DNA of 64,000 nt from Candidatus Dojkabacteria bacterium (GTDB taxonomy: Bacteria; Patescibacteriota; Dojkabacteria; SC72). The notes beneath the pieces are model-generated. The model searched no databases. It saw only the letters and a program-made list of their open reading frames with translations, and had not been told where the DNA came from. The translations under genes were made by a program, and so were the position numbers. This document shows, one piece after another, positions 20,198 to 29,740 of this stretch; within the stretch, counting starts at the first letter, position 1, and every line of letters begins with the position of its first letter. The stretch is taken from positions 255,151 to 319,150 of the forward strand of contig JBMNHC010000001.1 of assembly GCA_050950165.1 (NCBI GenBank). The letters are read 5' to 3'.

Positions 20198-20862
20198 TGG
20201 ATAGTCGAGCGAGAGCAAGAACAACTGCCTCTACCCAAGAGCATTTAGAAGTCAAAGACATTGTAGATGATTTAATCATTACAAAGAGTGGTAGTGCTGT
20301 ACTAGTAATACAGACCTCTGCAATTAACTTTGATCTTCTAGCTGAGTATGAGCAAGATAGTAAGATTTATGCTTTTGCAGGTTTACTTAACTCACTAAAC
20401 TTCCATATACAAATTTTAATAAGAACTAGAAGGATAGATATTTCTAACTATGTTGACTACTTAAAGAGTCAAGATAGATCTACTATGTCTGAGGGTCTTC
20501 AAAAGCAATTAGATATATATACCGAATTTATACAAAACCTAATCATTCAAAATGATGTATTAGATAAAACATTTTTAATAGTGATACCATTTAATACAGC
20601 AGCAGAAATTCCTGGTTCATCATTATTAAAATCTAAAAAAACAAAAGAGGAGATGGAGAAAGCTATGCAGATGAAACAAGAACAGCTAATAGAGAAAGCT
20701 AAAATATTCCTCTACCCTAAAAGAGACCACATATTAAAACAGTTAGGAAGAATGGGACTCTTTGGACACCAATTGACAAATAAAGAGTTAATAGCAGAGC
20801 TATACACCATATATAATCCAGATGAAGAAGCACAAAGGCAGGATGGACAACCAACAGAATAA
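20197..20862 (+). CDS. TraC-like protein (similar to the VirB4 N-terminal region)
   Basis: ASTQEHLEVKDIVDD, INFDLLAEYEQ, LLNSLNFHIQILIRTRRIDISNY, KTFLIVIPF; TAATG-coupled to prgI. Confidence 0.8.
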   Translation: MDSRARARTTASTQEHLEVKDIVDDLIITKSGSAVLVIQTSAINFDLLAEYEQDSKIYAFAGLLNSLNFHIQILIRTRRIDISNYVDYLKSQDRSTMSEGLQKQLDIYTEFIQNLIIQNDVLDKTFLIVIPFNTAAEIPGSSLLKSKKTKEEMEKAMQMKQEQLIEKAKIFLYPKRDHILKQLGRMGLFGHQLTNKELIAELYTIYNPDEEAQRQDGQPTE

Positions 20863-23224
20863 AAACAACTACATGTCAAAAACTTCACAGATGCTCGATG
20901 AGCGTCAGAATAAGTTTGAAAATAAATATGCTACTTTCCAAGAAGATCTAAAAAAAGAACTAAGTACTGTTGAGAGGACAGAGAAGAACCCTAATATGAA
21001 AGAGAGATACAACGATCCTAAAGAAGAGAAAGATAATAGGAATCCCCTATTTAAATTCTTAGATACTTTTAAAGCAGGTCTTAGTAAAAAGAAAGAGAAA
21101 GAAAAAATAGAGGAGTTAAGAGAGCAACCTCAGGTTGGAAAATTTGAAGGATTAACTACACAAGACATAATAGCTCCAATAGATATTGAAGTAGATTTTA
21201 ATACTCTCCTAATGGGTAATTACTACTCTAGAACATTCTTCATTAGTGGATACCCTAGATTTGTAGGACCAAATTGGCTCTCTCCAATAATTAACTTCGA
21301 ACATTCTCTTCGAATTAGTACATTCTACTACCCAGTAGACTCAAAAGTCATTTTAGATAAACTTAAGAAAAAAATAGGAGAGATGGAAGCTACACTCTAC
21401 TCTCAGATGGAGGATAGAAAGGTAGTTGACCCTTCACTTAAAGTAGCCCTCTCTGACGCACAACAACTGCAAGACTCCATAGCAGAGGGTGTTGAGAAGT
21501 TTTTCCATTTCGCTATGTATATTACAATCTACGCTCCTTCTAAAGATTTACTAGAGAAATATTCTCGAAATGTTACCTCTACATTAGCTGCAATGAATGT
21601 GACAGCAAAATCAGCCACTCTTCAACAAGAAGCTGCATTCATTAGTACACAACCGTTAGGATTAGACAAGCTATACATAACAAGAAATATGGATACTACA
21701 TCACTAGCTACCACATTCCCATTTGTAACATCTGAGCTAACAATGGACCATGGAATCATGTATGGAATAAATATGCACAACAAGAGCTTAGTCATATTTG
21801 ATAGGTTTGAGTTAGAGAATGCTAATGCAGTAATATTTGCAAAATCAGGAGCAGGAAAAAGCTACTTTGTTAAACTAGAAGCTGTTAGAAGCTTAATGCT
21901 TGGTAGCCATATAATCATAATTGATCCAGAAAGAGAGTATGAAGATTTAGCTAAGGCTGTAAATGGAGCATATATATCATTCTCACAAGATAAAGGGAAT
22001 AAGATGAACCCATTCGATCTCTCTGGTGTTTCAGAAGAAGGAGATGATGAACTAAGAATGAAACTACTAGCACTACAAGGCTTCTTTAAAGTAATGTTTG
22101 AAGGATTAACGAATATAGAATCTTCAATACTAGATAGAGCCTTGATACTAGCATACAGAGAGAAAGGAATTACATATGACCCAGCTACACAGAATAGACC
22201 TGCTCCACTACTAGAAGATCTGTATAAAGTGCTAAAAGGGATGGCAGAACCTGAAGCTCACGAACTAGCACGAAGAATGGAGAAATATATCATAGGAAGT
22301 GGTGCAGGCATATTTAATGAGGCAAGTAACTTTGAGATAAACAATCCTTTTACCGTATTTAGTATTAGAGACCTACAAGAAGAATTAAAACCATTAGCTA
22401 TGTACTTAATGTTAGACTTCATATGGACAAAGATACGAAAAGATCAGCGTAGAAGATTGCTCATTGTAGATGAGGCTTGGTATATGATGCAGAGTGAAGA
22501 TTCTGCCAAATTTATGTATTCAATAGCTAAAAGAGCTAGAAAATACTACTTAGGACTCTCTACCATTACTCAAGATGTTGCTGACTTTATGAACAATGAT
22601 ATGGGTAAAGCAATCATATCTAACTCATCAATTCAAGTATTGATGAAACAGAGTCCATCTGCAGTAGAAAAATTACAACAAGTATTTAATCTCTCTGATG
22701 GAGAGAGAAACTTCTTACTTAACTGTGACAGAGGACAAGGACTCTTCTTTGCAGGAGCAAACCATGTAGGTATACAGGTACTCTCTAGTCAAGCAGAACA
22801 TGAGTTAATAACATCAGATCCAAGAGAGATAGAAGCTAGAAAACAACAACAGGGAATGACAGATACAAGAACAATTACACAGTTAGCACAGATATACGAT
22901 CCTCCTGCAGTACAACAACCTATGAAAGCTGGAACAGAAGACCTTACTAAACAGAGCGAATTAATACAGAGAGCAGTAGAGAGAAGGCAAGAAGATATTC
23001 AAACGATTCAAACAGAACGAGAGAAATATCAAGAGGAACTAGAGAAGAGATTAAAGGAACAGGAAGAGATGTTAAATCCTAAGAAGGTAGAATTAAATAA
23101 AACTTTTACAGAGATAATAGAGGAGAATACTGTACCAGGGCAGATTAAAAAACAGAGAGAAGAATTGAATAAAGGAAGAACTCATATAACTCCACAAGGA
23201 ATGATAGGCAATGACGAACAATAA
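20822..23224 (+). CDS. virB4: VirB4-like type IV secretion/conjugation ATPase
   Basis: TFPF, YGIN, Walker A AKSGAGKS, IIDPEREY, MNPFD, Walker B LLIVDEAW, RARKY..TITQD. Exact start uncertain (20822, 20843 or 20873). Confidence 0.9.
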   Translation: MKKHKGRMDNQQNKNNYMSKTSQMLDERQNKFENKYATFQEDLKKELSTVERTEKNPNMKERYNDPKEEKDNRNPLFKFLDTFKAGLSKKKEKEKIEELREQPQVGKFEGLTTQDIIAPIDIEVDFNTLLMGNYYSRTFFISGYPRFVGPNWLSPIINFEHSLRISTFYYPVDSKVILDKLKKKIGEMEATLYSQMEDRKVVDPSLKVALSDAQQLQDSIAEGVEKFFHFAMYITIYAPSKDLLEKYSRNVTSTLAAMNVTAKSATLQQEAAFISTQPLGLDKLYITRNMDTTSLATTFPFVTSELTMDHGIMYGINMHNKSLVIFDRFELENANAVIFAKSGAGKSYFVKLEAVRSLMLGSHIIIIDPEREYEDLAKAVNGAYISFSQDKGNKMNPFDLSGVSEEGDDELRMKLLALQGFFKVMFEGLTNIESSILDRALILAYREKGITYDPATQNRPAPLLEDLYKVLKGMAEPEAHELARRMEKYIIGSGAGIFNEASNFEINNPFTVFSIRDLQEELKPLAMYLMLDFIWTKIRKDQRRRLLIVDEAWYMMQSEDSAKFMYSIAKRARKYYLGLSTITQDVADFMNNDMGKAIISNSSIQVLMKQSPSAVEKLQQVFNLSDGERNFLLNCDRGQGLFFAGANHVGIQVLSSQAEHELITSDPREIEARKQQQGMTDTRTITQLAQIYDPPAVQQPMKAGTEDLTKQSELIQRAVERRQEDIQTIQTEREKYQEELEKRLKEQEEMLNPKKVELNKTFTEIIEENTVPGQIKKQREELNKGRTHITPQGMIGNDEQ

Positions 23225-23429
23225 AGTTGATACAAAAAAATATCTAATTACAGAAGCAGTAGATATTAAAAATATCTCTCAACAAAAAATAGAGGAGGAT
23301 TTAAAACTACTAGAGAAACAGGAACAGCGAGTCTCTGCTAAAACAGATATCTCAAGAGGAAGTAGTAATATAAAATTAACAAGAGTTATGAAAGCTCTGC
23401 AACTCTCTAACCCATTTAAAGGATACTAA
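23211..23429 (+). CDS. Small hypothetical protein
   Basis: 72 aa; overlaps the virB4 stop and fills the gap to the convergent gene. Confidence 0.5.
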   Translation: MTNNKVDTKKYLITEAVDIKNISQQKIEEDLKLLEKQEQRVSAKTDISRGSSNIKLTRVMKALQLSNPFKGY

Positions 23430-24559
23430 TTTAAAGGTCCTTGATCTGGTAATACATACTCCTTTACATTCTCAGGTGTAATTACAATAGGGAGAGGATG
23501 CCCACTAACAATCTGTCTTGCTGCACTTCTAGCAAGTGTAGCTATATTCCTCTCTAGTTGACGAATTCCTGCATCAAAACCCACTGGTCTAATTAGCAGA
23601 GGCCAAACCTCTTCCTTAATTTGTAGTTGCTCTGCACTTAATCCAATATTCTTAAGCACTTTAGGAAGAATATATGATTTAGCAATAACATGTTTCTCTT
23701 CATCAGAGTAGCTAGTAAATCTAATCATCTCTACCCTATCTAGTAAAGCTGCAGATAATCCTCCCAAGTTATTAGCAGTACAGATAAAAAAGACCTGAGA
23801 GAGATTAACAGGATAATCTAGGTAGTGATCTACAAAAGCAGAGTTCTGTTCAGGATCTAAAATCTCTAGCAGAGCTGCCATAACATCATTTAAAAGACCC
23901 ACATTTCCACTAGCCTTCTCTATCTCATCTATTAAAATCACTGGATTCATCGATTGAGTTCGTACCAATGCCTTAATGATCTGTCCCGGCTCTGCATCTA
24001 TCTCATGTCTAGGAGTCCCTCTTAGCGTTCTAACATCTCCAATTGCACCAAGAGATACCCTAGCAAACTTTCTACCCATAGCTTGTGCTATAGATTTAGC
24101 AATAGAGGTCTTTCCTACACCCTGTAAGCCAAGAAAAAGCAATACAGGAGCATTCGCAGAAGACCCTCTTAAACTACTCGCCTCTTCCTCTTGAACAGTA
24201 TTCCCTCTCTTTTGTAACTGCATAACTGCAAGATAGTCAAGAATCAAATTCTTTACAGTATCCATACCGTAGTGAGTAGAATCCATTAACTCTTTTGCAT
24301 TATTTATATCCAATCTATCCTCCGTAACTACTCCCCAAGGAACTCTTATAGCCCAATCTATATATTTATCAACACTCTCAAACTCCGAACTATAACTACC
24401 CCACTTAGCTATCCTCTCTAAACGATCTATCGTCCTCATTATATTCTCTTTCAACTCAATAGGGGCATTAGAAGAACTAAGCTTATTCCTTAGCTCTACA
24501 ATCTCTGAGATTAATGAAGTATTCCCACCGTTATCGGTTTTTAAGGCAGTATTATCCAT
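23426..24559 (-). CDS. Lon-type AAA+ ATPase module lacking the protease domain and most of the N-domain
   Basis: YIDW..VPW, HYGMDTVKNLILDYLAV, GLQGVGKTS, NPVILIDEIEK, ALLEILDPEQNSAFVDHYLDYPVNLSQVFFICTAN, GIRQLER. No PKDGPSAG. ATG 24559 preferred over 24574. Confidence 0.88.
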   Translation of the reverse strand: MDNTALKTDNGGNTSLISEIVELRNKLSSSNAPIELKENIMRTIDRLERIAKWGSYSSEFESVDKYIDWAIRVPWGVVTEDRLDINNAKELMDSTHYGMDTVKNLILDYLAVMQLQKRGNTVQEEEASSLRGSSANAPVLLFLGLQGVGKTSIAKSIAQAMGRKFARVSLGAIGDVRTLRGTPRHEIDAEPGQIIKALVRTQSMNPVILIDEIEKASGNVGLLNDVMAALLEILDPEQNSAFVDHYLDYPVNLSQVFFICTANNLGGLSAALLDRVEMIRFTSYSDEEKHVIAKSYILPKVLKNIGLSAEQLQIKEEVWPLLIRPVGFDAGIRQLERNIATLARSAARQIVSGHPLPIVITPENVKEYVLPDQGPLN

Positions 24560-24597
24560 ATCAAAATATATCACATTAAAGACACACTTGCATAATC

Positions 24598-25884
24598 TTA
24601 GTTACCTGAAAGCACAGCTTCCTTTAGAGCATTAGCTGCATATTTAACATCCTCTCCGTTGTTGTATATACCGAAACTAAACCTAAGAGATGGACCAACC
24701 TCAAACCTATCATGAAGAGGTTCTGCACAATGATACCCCTCTCTAAAAGCTATCCCTTTCCTATCCAAGAACTTAGATATACTACTACCATCTTTTTTTG
24801 TTTCCATACTCAATACATCCTTACATCCTCTAAATGTAAAACCTTTAATATGGAAAGCTACAGCCCCATATCTCAGATTACTCTCTCTAGGACCAAATGG
24901 AACAAACCACTCTATACCATCAAACTCTTCAAGAAGATAACCTATTAACTCCTGCTCATGTTGAATTAAAGCCCTCCAACCCCCAACTCTCTTTAGAACA
25001 CCCTCAAGCCACTCAATTGCATACCCAAGTACAATACCTCCTCCGATATCTGGAGTCCCTGCTTCAAACTTCCAAGGCAATTCATTATACTCAAACCCTT
25101 TAGAAGAAACAGAAGAGATCATCTCTCCACCTCCCATCCATGGCCTTAATTTATCTAAAATCTCTTCCTTACAATACACCACACCTGTTCCTGTTGGAGC
25201 ATATACCTTGTGACCAGAAAATACTAAAGCATCACACCCAATATCTTGTACATCAACTTTAACATGAGCAATACTTTGAGCTGCATCCACTATCGTAAAA
25301 GAGCCATTCTTCTTACCCAGCTCACATATTTTCTTAACATTATTTTTAACACCTAATACATTAGAAATATGTACCACAGATATTATCTTTATCCTTCTAC
25401 CATATTTCCTAATTAACTCTTCTAACCAATCTATATCTAAATTATAATCATCTCTAACTGGAATATACTCTATCTTAAAAGGTATCTCCTTTTGCAGAAG
25501 CATCCAAGATACAATATTACTGTGATGCTCCATCTCACTAATTACAACAATATCATCCTTACCAAGAAGCTCTCTACCTACTGTATTGACTAACATATTC
25601 AACCCCTCTGTAGTATTCTTAACAAACAGTACCTCTCTAAATGACTTTGCATTGATAAAAGATGCAACCTTTTTATGAGCCCACTCCCAAAACTCAGTAG
25701 CCTCTAAAGAGAGCTTGTAGGGACCTCTATGTATATTTGCATTCTGATGAGTATAGTAGTAAGTAAGCCTCTCTATTACATAACTAGGCTTCTGGGTAGT
25801 AGCTGCACTATCTAAATATACAAGTCCTCTTTTTAAGAAAGAATCTTTTAAAATTGGAAACTCTTTTCTAATATCTTCAAACAC
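24598..25884 (-). CDS. sufS: SufS-type cysteine desulfurase
   Basis: YLDSAATTQKP, ANIHRG, MEHHSN, VDAAQS, FSGHK (PLP Lys), KFEAGTP, REGYHCA (catalytic Cys). Confidence 0.92.
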   Translation of the reverse strand: MFEDIRKEFPILKDSFLKRGLVYLDSAATTQKPSYVIERLTYYYTHQNANIHRGPYKLSLEATEFWEWAHKKVASFINAKSFREVLFVKNTTEGLNMLVNTVGRELLGKDDIVVISEMEHHSNIVSWMLLQKEIPFKIEYIPVRDDYNLDIDWLEELIRKYGRRIKIISVVHISNVLGVKNNVKKICELGKKNGSFTIVDAAQSIAHVKVDVQDIGCDALVFSGHKVYAPTGTGVVYCKEEILDKLRPWMGGGEMISSVSSKGFEYNELPWKFEAGTPDIGGGIVLGYAIEWLEGVLKRVGGWRALIQHEQELIGYLLEEFDGIEWFVPFGPRESNLRYGAVAFHIKGFTFRGCKDVLSMETKKDGSSISKFLDRKGIAFREGYHCAEPLHDRFEVGPSLRFSFGIYNNGEDVKYAANALKEAVLSGN

Positions 25885-25901
25885 TTTTAATATAAATAAA
25901 A

Positions 25902-26462
25902 TTAGAAATTCTCAGACATCTTACTTGCCTGTACAGTCATATCTCCCATATATTTACTATTCAAACCTGAGGAACCGTAAGGTCTCTCACACTCTCTATC
26001 CAACTCTTCAAAAGCTATCTGTGCTATCTTCATACCCTCATATATTGTAATTGGCAAAGGAGAGAGATTCGCTATCTCCAATGTTAACCTCAATCTATTA
26101 CCAGGATCCAAAAATCCTGCAGTAGCATGAATAATTAACCCCATTCTCCCTAATGAACTCTTACCTTCCAATCTACCCACATGTTTGTTATCTACACCTG
26201 TAATCTCTTTTACATTTGCTAAAACAAATTCACCAGGTTCAAGTGTATATCCCATCTCACTATCTATCTCTATCTTTAACATTAAATCCTTTGCCGATTT
26301 CTTAACATCTATACCCTTATATTTTTTAGTATTAAATACCAATATATTTTTATCCAAAGAGAGATCATATGAAGCAGGTTGTAAACAATCAATTGAAAAC
26401 GGCTCAATACTAATCTCTTTACTCTTTAGTTTCTCTTTTATACTTCTATCTGAAAGAATCAT
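25902..26462 (-). CDS. dcd: dCTP deaminase
   Basis: ILSDR, QPASYDL, EGKSSLGRMGL, TAGFLDPG, TLEI, KIAQ, SKY. Confidence 0.95.
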   Translation of the reverse strand: MILSDRSIKEKLKSKEISIEPFSIDCLQPASYDLSLDKNILVFNTKKYKGIDVKKSAKDLMLKIEIDSEMGYTLEPGEFVLANVKEITGVDNKHVGRLEGKSSLGRMGLIIHATAGFLDPGNRLRLTLEIANLSPLPITIYEGMKIAQIAFEELDRECERPYGSSGLNSKYMGDMTVQASKMSENF

Positions 26463-26479
26463 AACTGTATTGAATAAAA

Positions 26480-27337
26480 TTAAAATCTCTTAACATTCCT
26501 CTCATATATCTCAACAACATTAAGTATAAGTGATGCTACTGTCATAGGTCCAACACCACCGGGAATAGGAGAGAGAAAAGAAGCAACCTTACTAACACTA
26601 TTAAACTTTACATCACCAACCATCTTTTCCTTATCATTTATATTAATACCTACATCTATAACTACAGAATTCTCTTTCACAAAATCTTTATCTATATATT
26701 CTCCTTTACCAATAGCAACGACCAATATATCTGCTTGAGTAGTAATTTTCTTAAGTTGCTTAGTATGAGAATGACACACTGTTACAGTAGCATTATTATT
26801 TTGTAAAACAGCAGAAGTAGGCAATCCAACAATATTACTCCTTCCTACTACTACAGCCTTTGCACCATCAATATTAATCTTGTACTCCTTTAACAATTCT
26901 AAAATCCCTCTAGCTGTAGCAGGGATAATAGCAGTATTATCATTTTTAAAAAGTTTACCTAAATTAGATGAAGTAAGCCCATCTACATCCTTTTCTACCC
27001 ATATACTATCCAGTACAACTGAAGTATCAATACCGTCAGGAAGAGGTAATTGTACCATTACTCCATCCACCCTACTGTCCTGATTGAGCTCTCTAACAAG
27101 AGAAAGAAGCTCCTCAGTAGAAACATTAGTATCAAACTCATGTAAAACAACCTTTATACCTATCTCACAAGCTCTATCCATCTTCAAACCTACATATTTC
27201 TTACTAGCGAAATCTTCACCAACTAGAATAATATCTAACCTAGGAACCCTATTCCCATTTTCAATACTTTCTAAAATTCTTAATTTAAGAGTACTTAATA
27301 TTTTCTCTGAAAGTTTTTTACCATCTAGTAGAATCAT
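26480..27337 (-). CDS. folD: Methylenetetrahydrofolate dehydrogenase/cyclohydrolase
   Basis: LLDGK, VQLPLP, EKDVDG, GRSNIVG, ATVTVCHSHT, VIDVG, PIPGGVGPMTV. Confidence 0.97.
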   Translation of the reverse strand: MILLDGKKLSEKILSTLKLRILESIENGNRVPRLDIILVGEDFASKKYVGLKMDRACEIGIKVVLHEFDTNVSTEELLSLVRELNQDSRVDGVMVQLPLPDGIDTSVVLDSIWVEKDVDGLTSSNLGKLFKNDNTAIIPATARGILELLKEYKINIDGAKAVVVGRSNIVGLPTSAVLQNNNATVTVCHSHTKQLKKITTQADILVVAIGKGEYIDKDFVKENSVVIDVGININDKEKMVGDVKFNSVSKVASFLSPIPGGVGPMTVASLILNVVEIYERNVKRF

Positions 27338-27404
27338 GTTTTCAAGTCAAACAAATATCTTTAATAATGTATTTTACAAAATATTAATAATCTTTGCGAA
27401 ACAC

Positions 27405-29213
27405 CTATTGATTATACTTAACCTCTTTGTAGAACACCCCTTTTCTCTTAATCAACTCTCTCCAGTTACCCGTCTCAACGATAGAGCCATCTTTAAAGAC
27501 ATAGATTTTATCAAACTCATCCAACATATCAGTATCTCTTGTTAAGAGAATCAATGTTCTATCTGGACCAACAAAATCTATAATATTTCTTAAAAGAACA
27601 TCTCTAGAAGGTGCATCTATGAAAGTAAAAGGTTCATCCATGATAAAGATATCTCTATTCCTATACAAAGCCCTCGCTATCGCAAACCTTTGCCAGTGAC
27701 CAGGAGAGAGCTCTTTCCCATCTAGGTATTTACCTAGTATTAACCTATCTGTAATCTTCTCTCTCTTCATAAATTTATCTATCTCACAAACCTTTAAAAC
27801 CTTTTTGTATAGCTCCATATTTATATTCTTGTTTTCACTCGTTAAAGTAATATTCTCTCTAATACTAAAGTTGTAGTTTACATAGTTTTGAAATACAACA
27901 GACAGCTTTCTCTTAAGCTCTCCTCGTGCTAATTCTTTAATTGAATATTCACCCACCTGATAATCACCTGCTGTTACCTCATACAACCCTGTTAATATCT
28001 TAATTAAACTACTCTTACCAGATGCATCACCTCCAAAAAATACAACTTTCTCTCCAGCCTTTATCTCAACAGAAACATTTTTCAAAACTCTAGTCTCTGG
28101 TTCATCTGGATATGCAAAATTTAATCTACTAAATACTAGATCAGGAACTTTCCTACCCAATTTCGCAAACCCATGTTTCTCATCTCCAAAACCCTTGTAA
28201 TGAATCAATTCAAAATATTTAGATGCATATGCTAGATGTGTATCCAGAAGAGATATTGTATTAAATGCCAACAAAGCACTACTGTGTACTACCTCTACAT
28301 AGTTAAAGAGTGCACTAAATCTACCGATTGTAATCTTATGTATTATTACATACGCTACCAGATACACTATGTACACATACTTAAACAACTGTCCAACTAC
28401 TCCACCAAATATTTCATCTATAGTGAAATGCTTACGTCTTTCAAAAAGACCATCTAAATATTCATTCTTCTCTTTTCGATATCTCTTTCTCAAAAAATCA
28501 TAAGTATTATCTACTCTTAACTCCATAAAATTACGAATATCCATACTAAGAGTAGAATATATATAGCTTGTTAACTTTAATCTCCCCATCTGTGCATCAT
28601 CATAGAGCTGTATTTTCTTTCTATTAAAATGATTTAAGAAGACTTCTGGTAGTACAAAAACTACTAAAAGAAGAGCACTCCAACCTAGATATGAGTAGAG
28701 AATTATAAATGCAGTAATACCTCTTGTTAGTTGATAAATGATTACAGAAAACGCCTCATATGAAAGAAGCATATTATTTATCGAATAGTTGGGAATAAAA
28801 TCGATTAAATTCTGTACCTGTGGTTTCTCTACATCCTGAAGATTAGCATTAGATATCTTACCGATAAGCTCAACCCCTGTATCTTTCCATACCTTACCAT
28901 TAATATTACCAGAGATATACATTCGAATATCTGTACCTATTAAAACAAAAATCAGAAGAAGAAGAGATATACATAGATAGTAGAAAGAATCTGTAGAAAG
29001 ATATGCATATATATCAAAGGTTCCTGTAGACTGTTTAATTACATCTAGAGTAGCATCTAAGAACTTACCAGCAACAGTAATACCTACCATCTCAGCAGTA
29101 ATTACTACTATAAATACTAAATCCCTAAATACAACCTCTTTGGTATATCTACCGTAAAAGAACTGTATAACGTACCACAATGTTTTCAGTTTATTCTGTA
29201 TAATGGAGTTCAT
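27405..29213 (-). CDS. ABC exporter half-transporter (TMD+NBD) with degenerate NBD motifs
   Basis: TM domain; Walker A GGDASGKSS, Q-loop VFQ, signature LSPGHWQR, Walker B IFIMDEP; H-loop reads LLTRD. Confidence 0.88.
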   Translation of the reverse strand: MNSIIQNKLKTLWYVIQFFYGRYTKEVVFRDLVFIVVITAEMVGITVAGKFLDATLDVIKQSTGTFDIYAYLSTDSFYYLCISLLLLIFVLIGTDIRMYISGNINGKVWKDTGVELIGKISNANLQDVEKPQVQNLIDFIPNYSINNMLLSYEAFSVIIYQLTRGITAFIILYSYLGWSALLLVVFVLPEVFLNHFNRKKIQLYDDAQMGRLKLTSYIYSTLSMDIRNFMELRVDNTYDFLRKRYRKEKNEYLDGLFERRKHFTIDEIFGGVVGQLFKYVYIVYLVAYVIIHKITIGRFSALFNYVEVVHSSALLAFNTISLLDTHLAYASKYFELIHYKGFGDEKHGFAKLGRKVPDLVFSRLNFAYPDEPETRVLKNVSVEIKAGEKVVFFGGDASGKSSLIKILTGLYEVTAGDYQVGEYSIKELARGELKRKLSVVFQNYVNYNFSIRENITLTSENKNINMELYKKVLKVCEIDKFMKREKITDRLILGKYLDGKELSPGHWQRFAIARALYRNRDIFIMDEPFTFIDAPSRDVLLRNIIDFVGPDRTLILLTRDTDMLDEFDKIYVFKDGSIVETGNWRELIKRKGVFYKEVKYNQ

Positions 29214-29229
29214 CTAAGAATATAATAGC

Positions 29230-29685
29230 ATGAGAGATAATAAATATTTAGAAAATTTACTATACGACATCTGGGAGAACAATTTCTCCGATATTCCTAG
29301 ACTAAATATTGTACTAATTAAATATGGCAAATACTCTAAAAGACAGTTAGGGAGTATAAAGATGATTAAAGAGAGAAATATCTTTAAAAGATATATACAG
29401 AAGTTAGGATTAAAGAGAGATTCTTTTGATAACAACTCCATATCCCTAATCTTAATTACAAGATATTTTACAGATCCAGAAGTTCCAGAATATGTAATTA
29501 GATCAACAATTGCTCATGAACTATGTCACTATGCTCATGGTTTTAACTCTCCACTAAAAAGAATGTATAGATATCCTCATCAGGGAGGAATTATTAAAAA
29601 AGAATTAGCAAAAAGAGGGTTAGCAGATATCTATAAAGATTCTAAAAAGTGGTTAAAGAGTAATTGGGTAAAAGTTGTTTCTTAA
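29230..29685 (+). CDS. SprT-like zinc metalloprotease domain protein
   Basis: KRQLGSI, PEYVIRSTIAHELCHYAHG (HExxH), third His in YPHQGG. Confidence 0.78.
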   Translation: MRDNKYLENLLYDIWENNFSDIPRLNIVLIKYGKYSKRQLGSIKMIKERNIFKRYIQKLGLKRDSFDNNSISLILITRYFTDPEVPEYVIRSTIAHELCHYAHGFNSPLKRMYRYPHQGGIIKKELAKRGLADIYKDSKKWLKSNWVKVVS

Positions 29686-29740
29686 AGAAGAACCCATATT
29701 ACATATCTCTTTCTTTGTTTACAGCATACAATTCTTAAAC

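Noticed and set aside
19364-23224. ICE or conjugative element
   Set aside because: No integrase, relaxase, att repeats or evident compositional shift; flanked by housekeeping genes.
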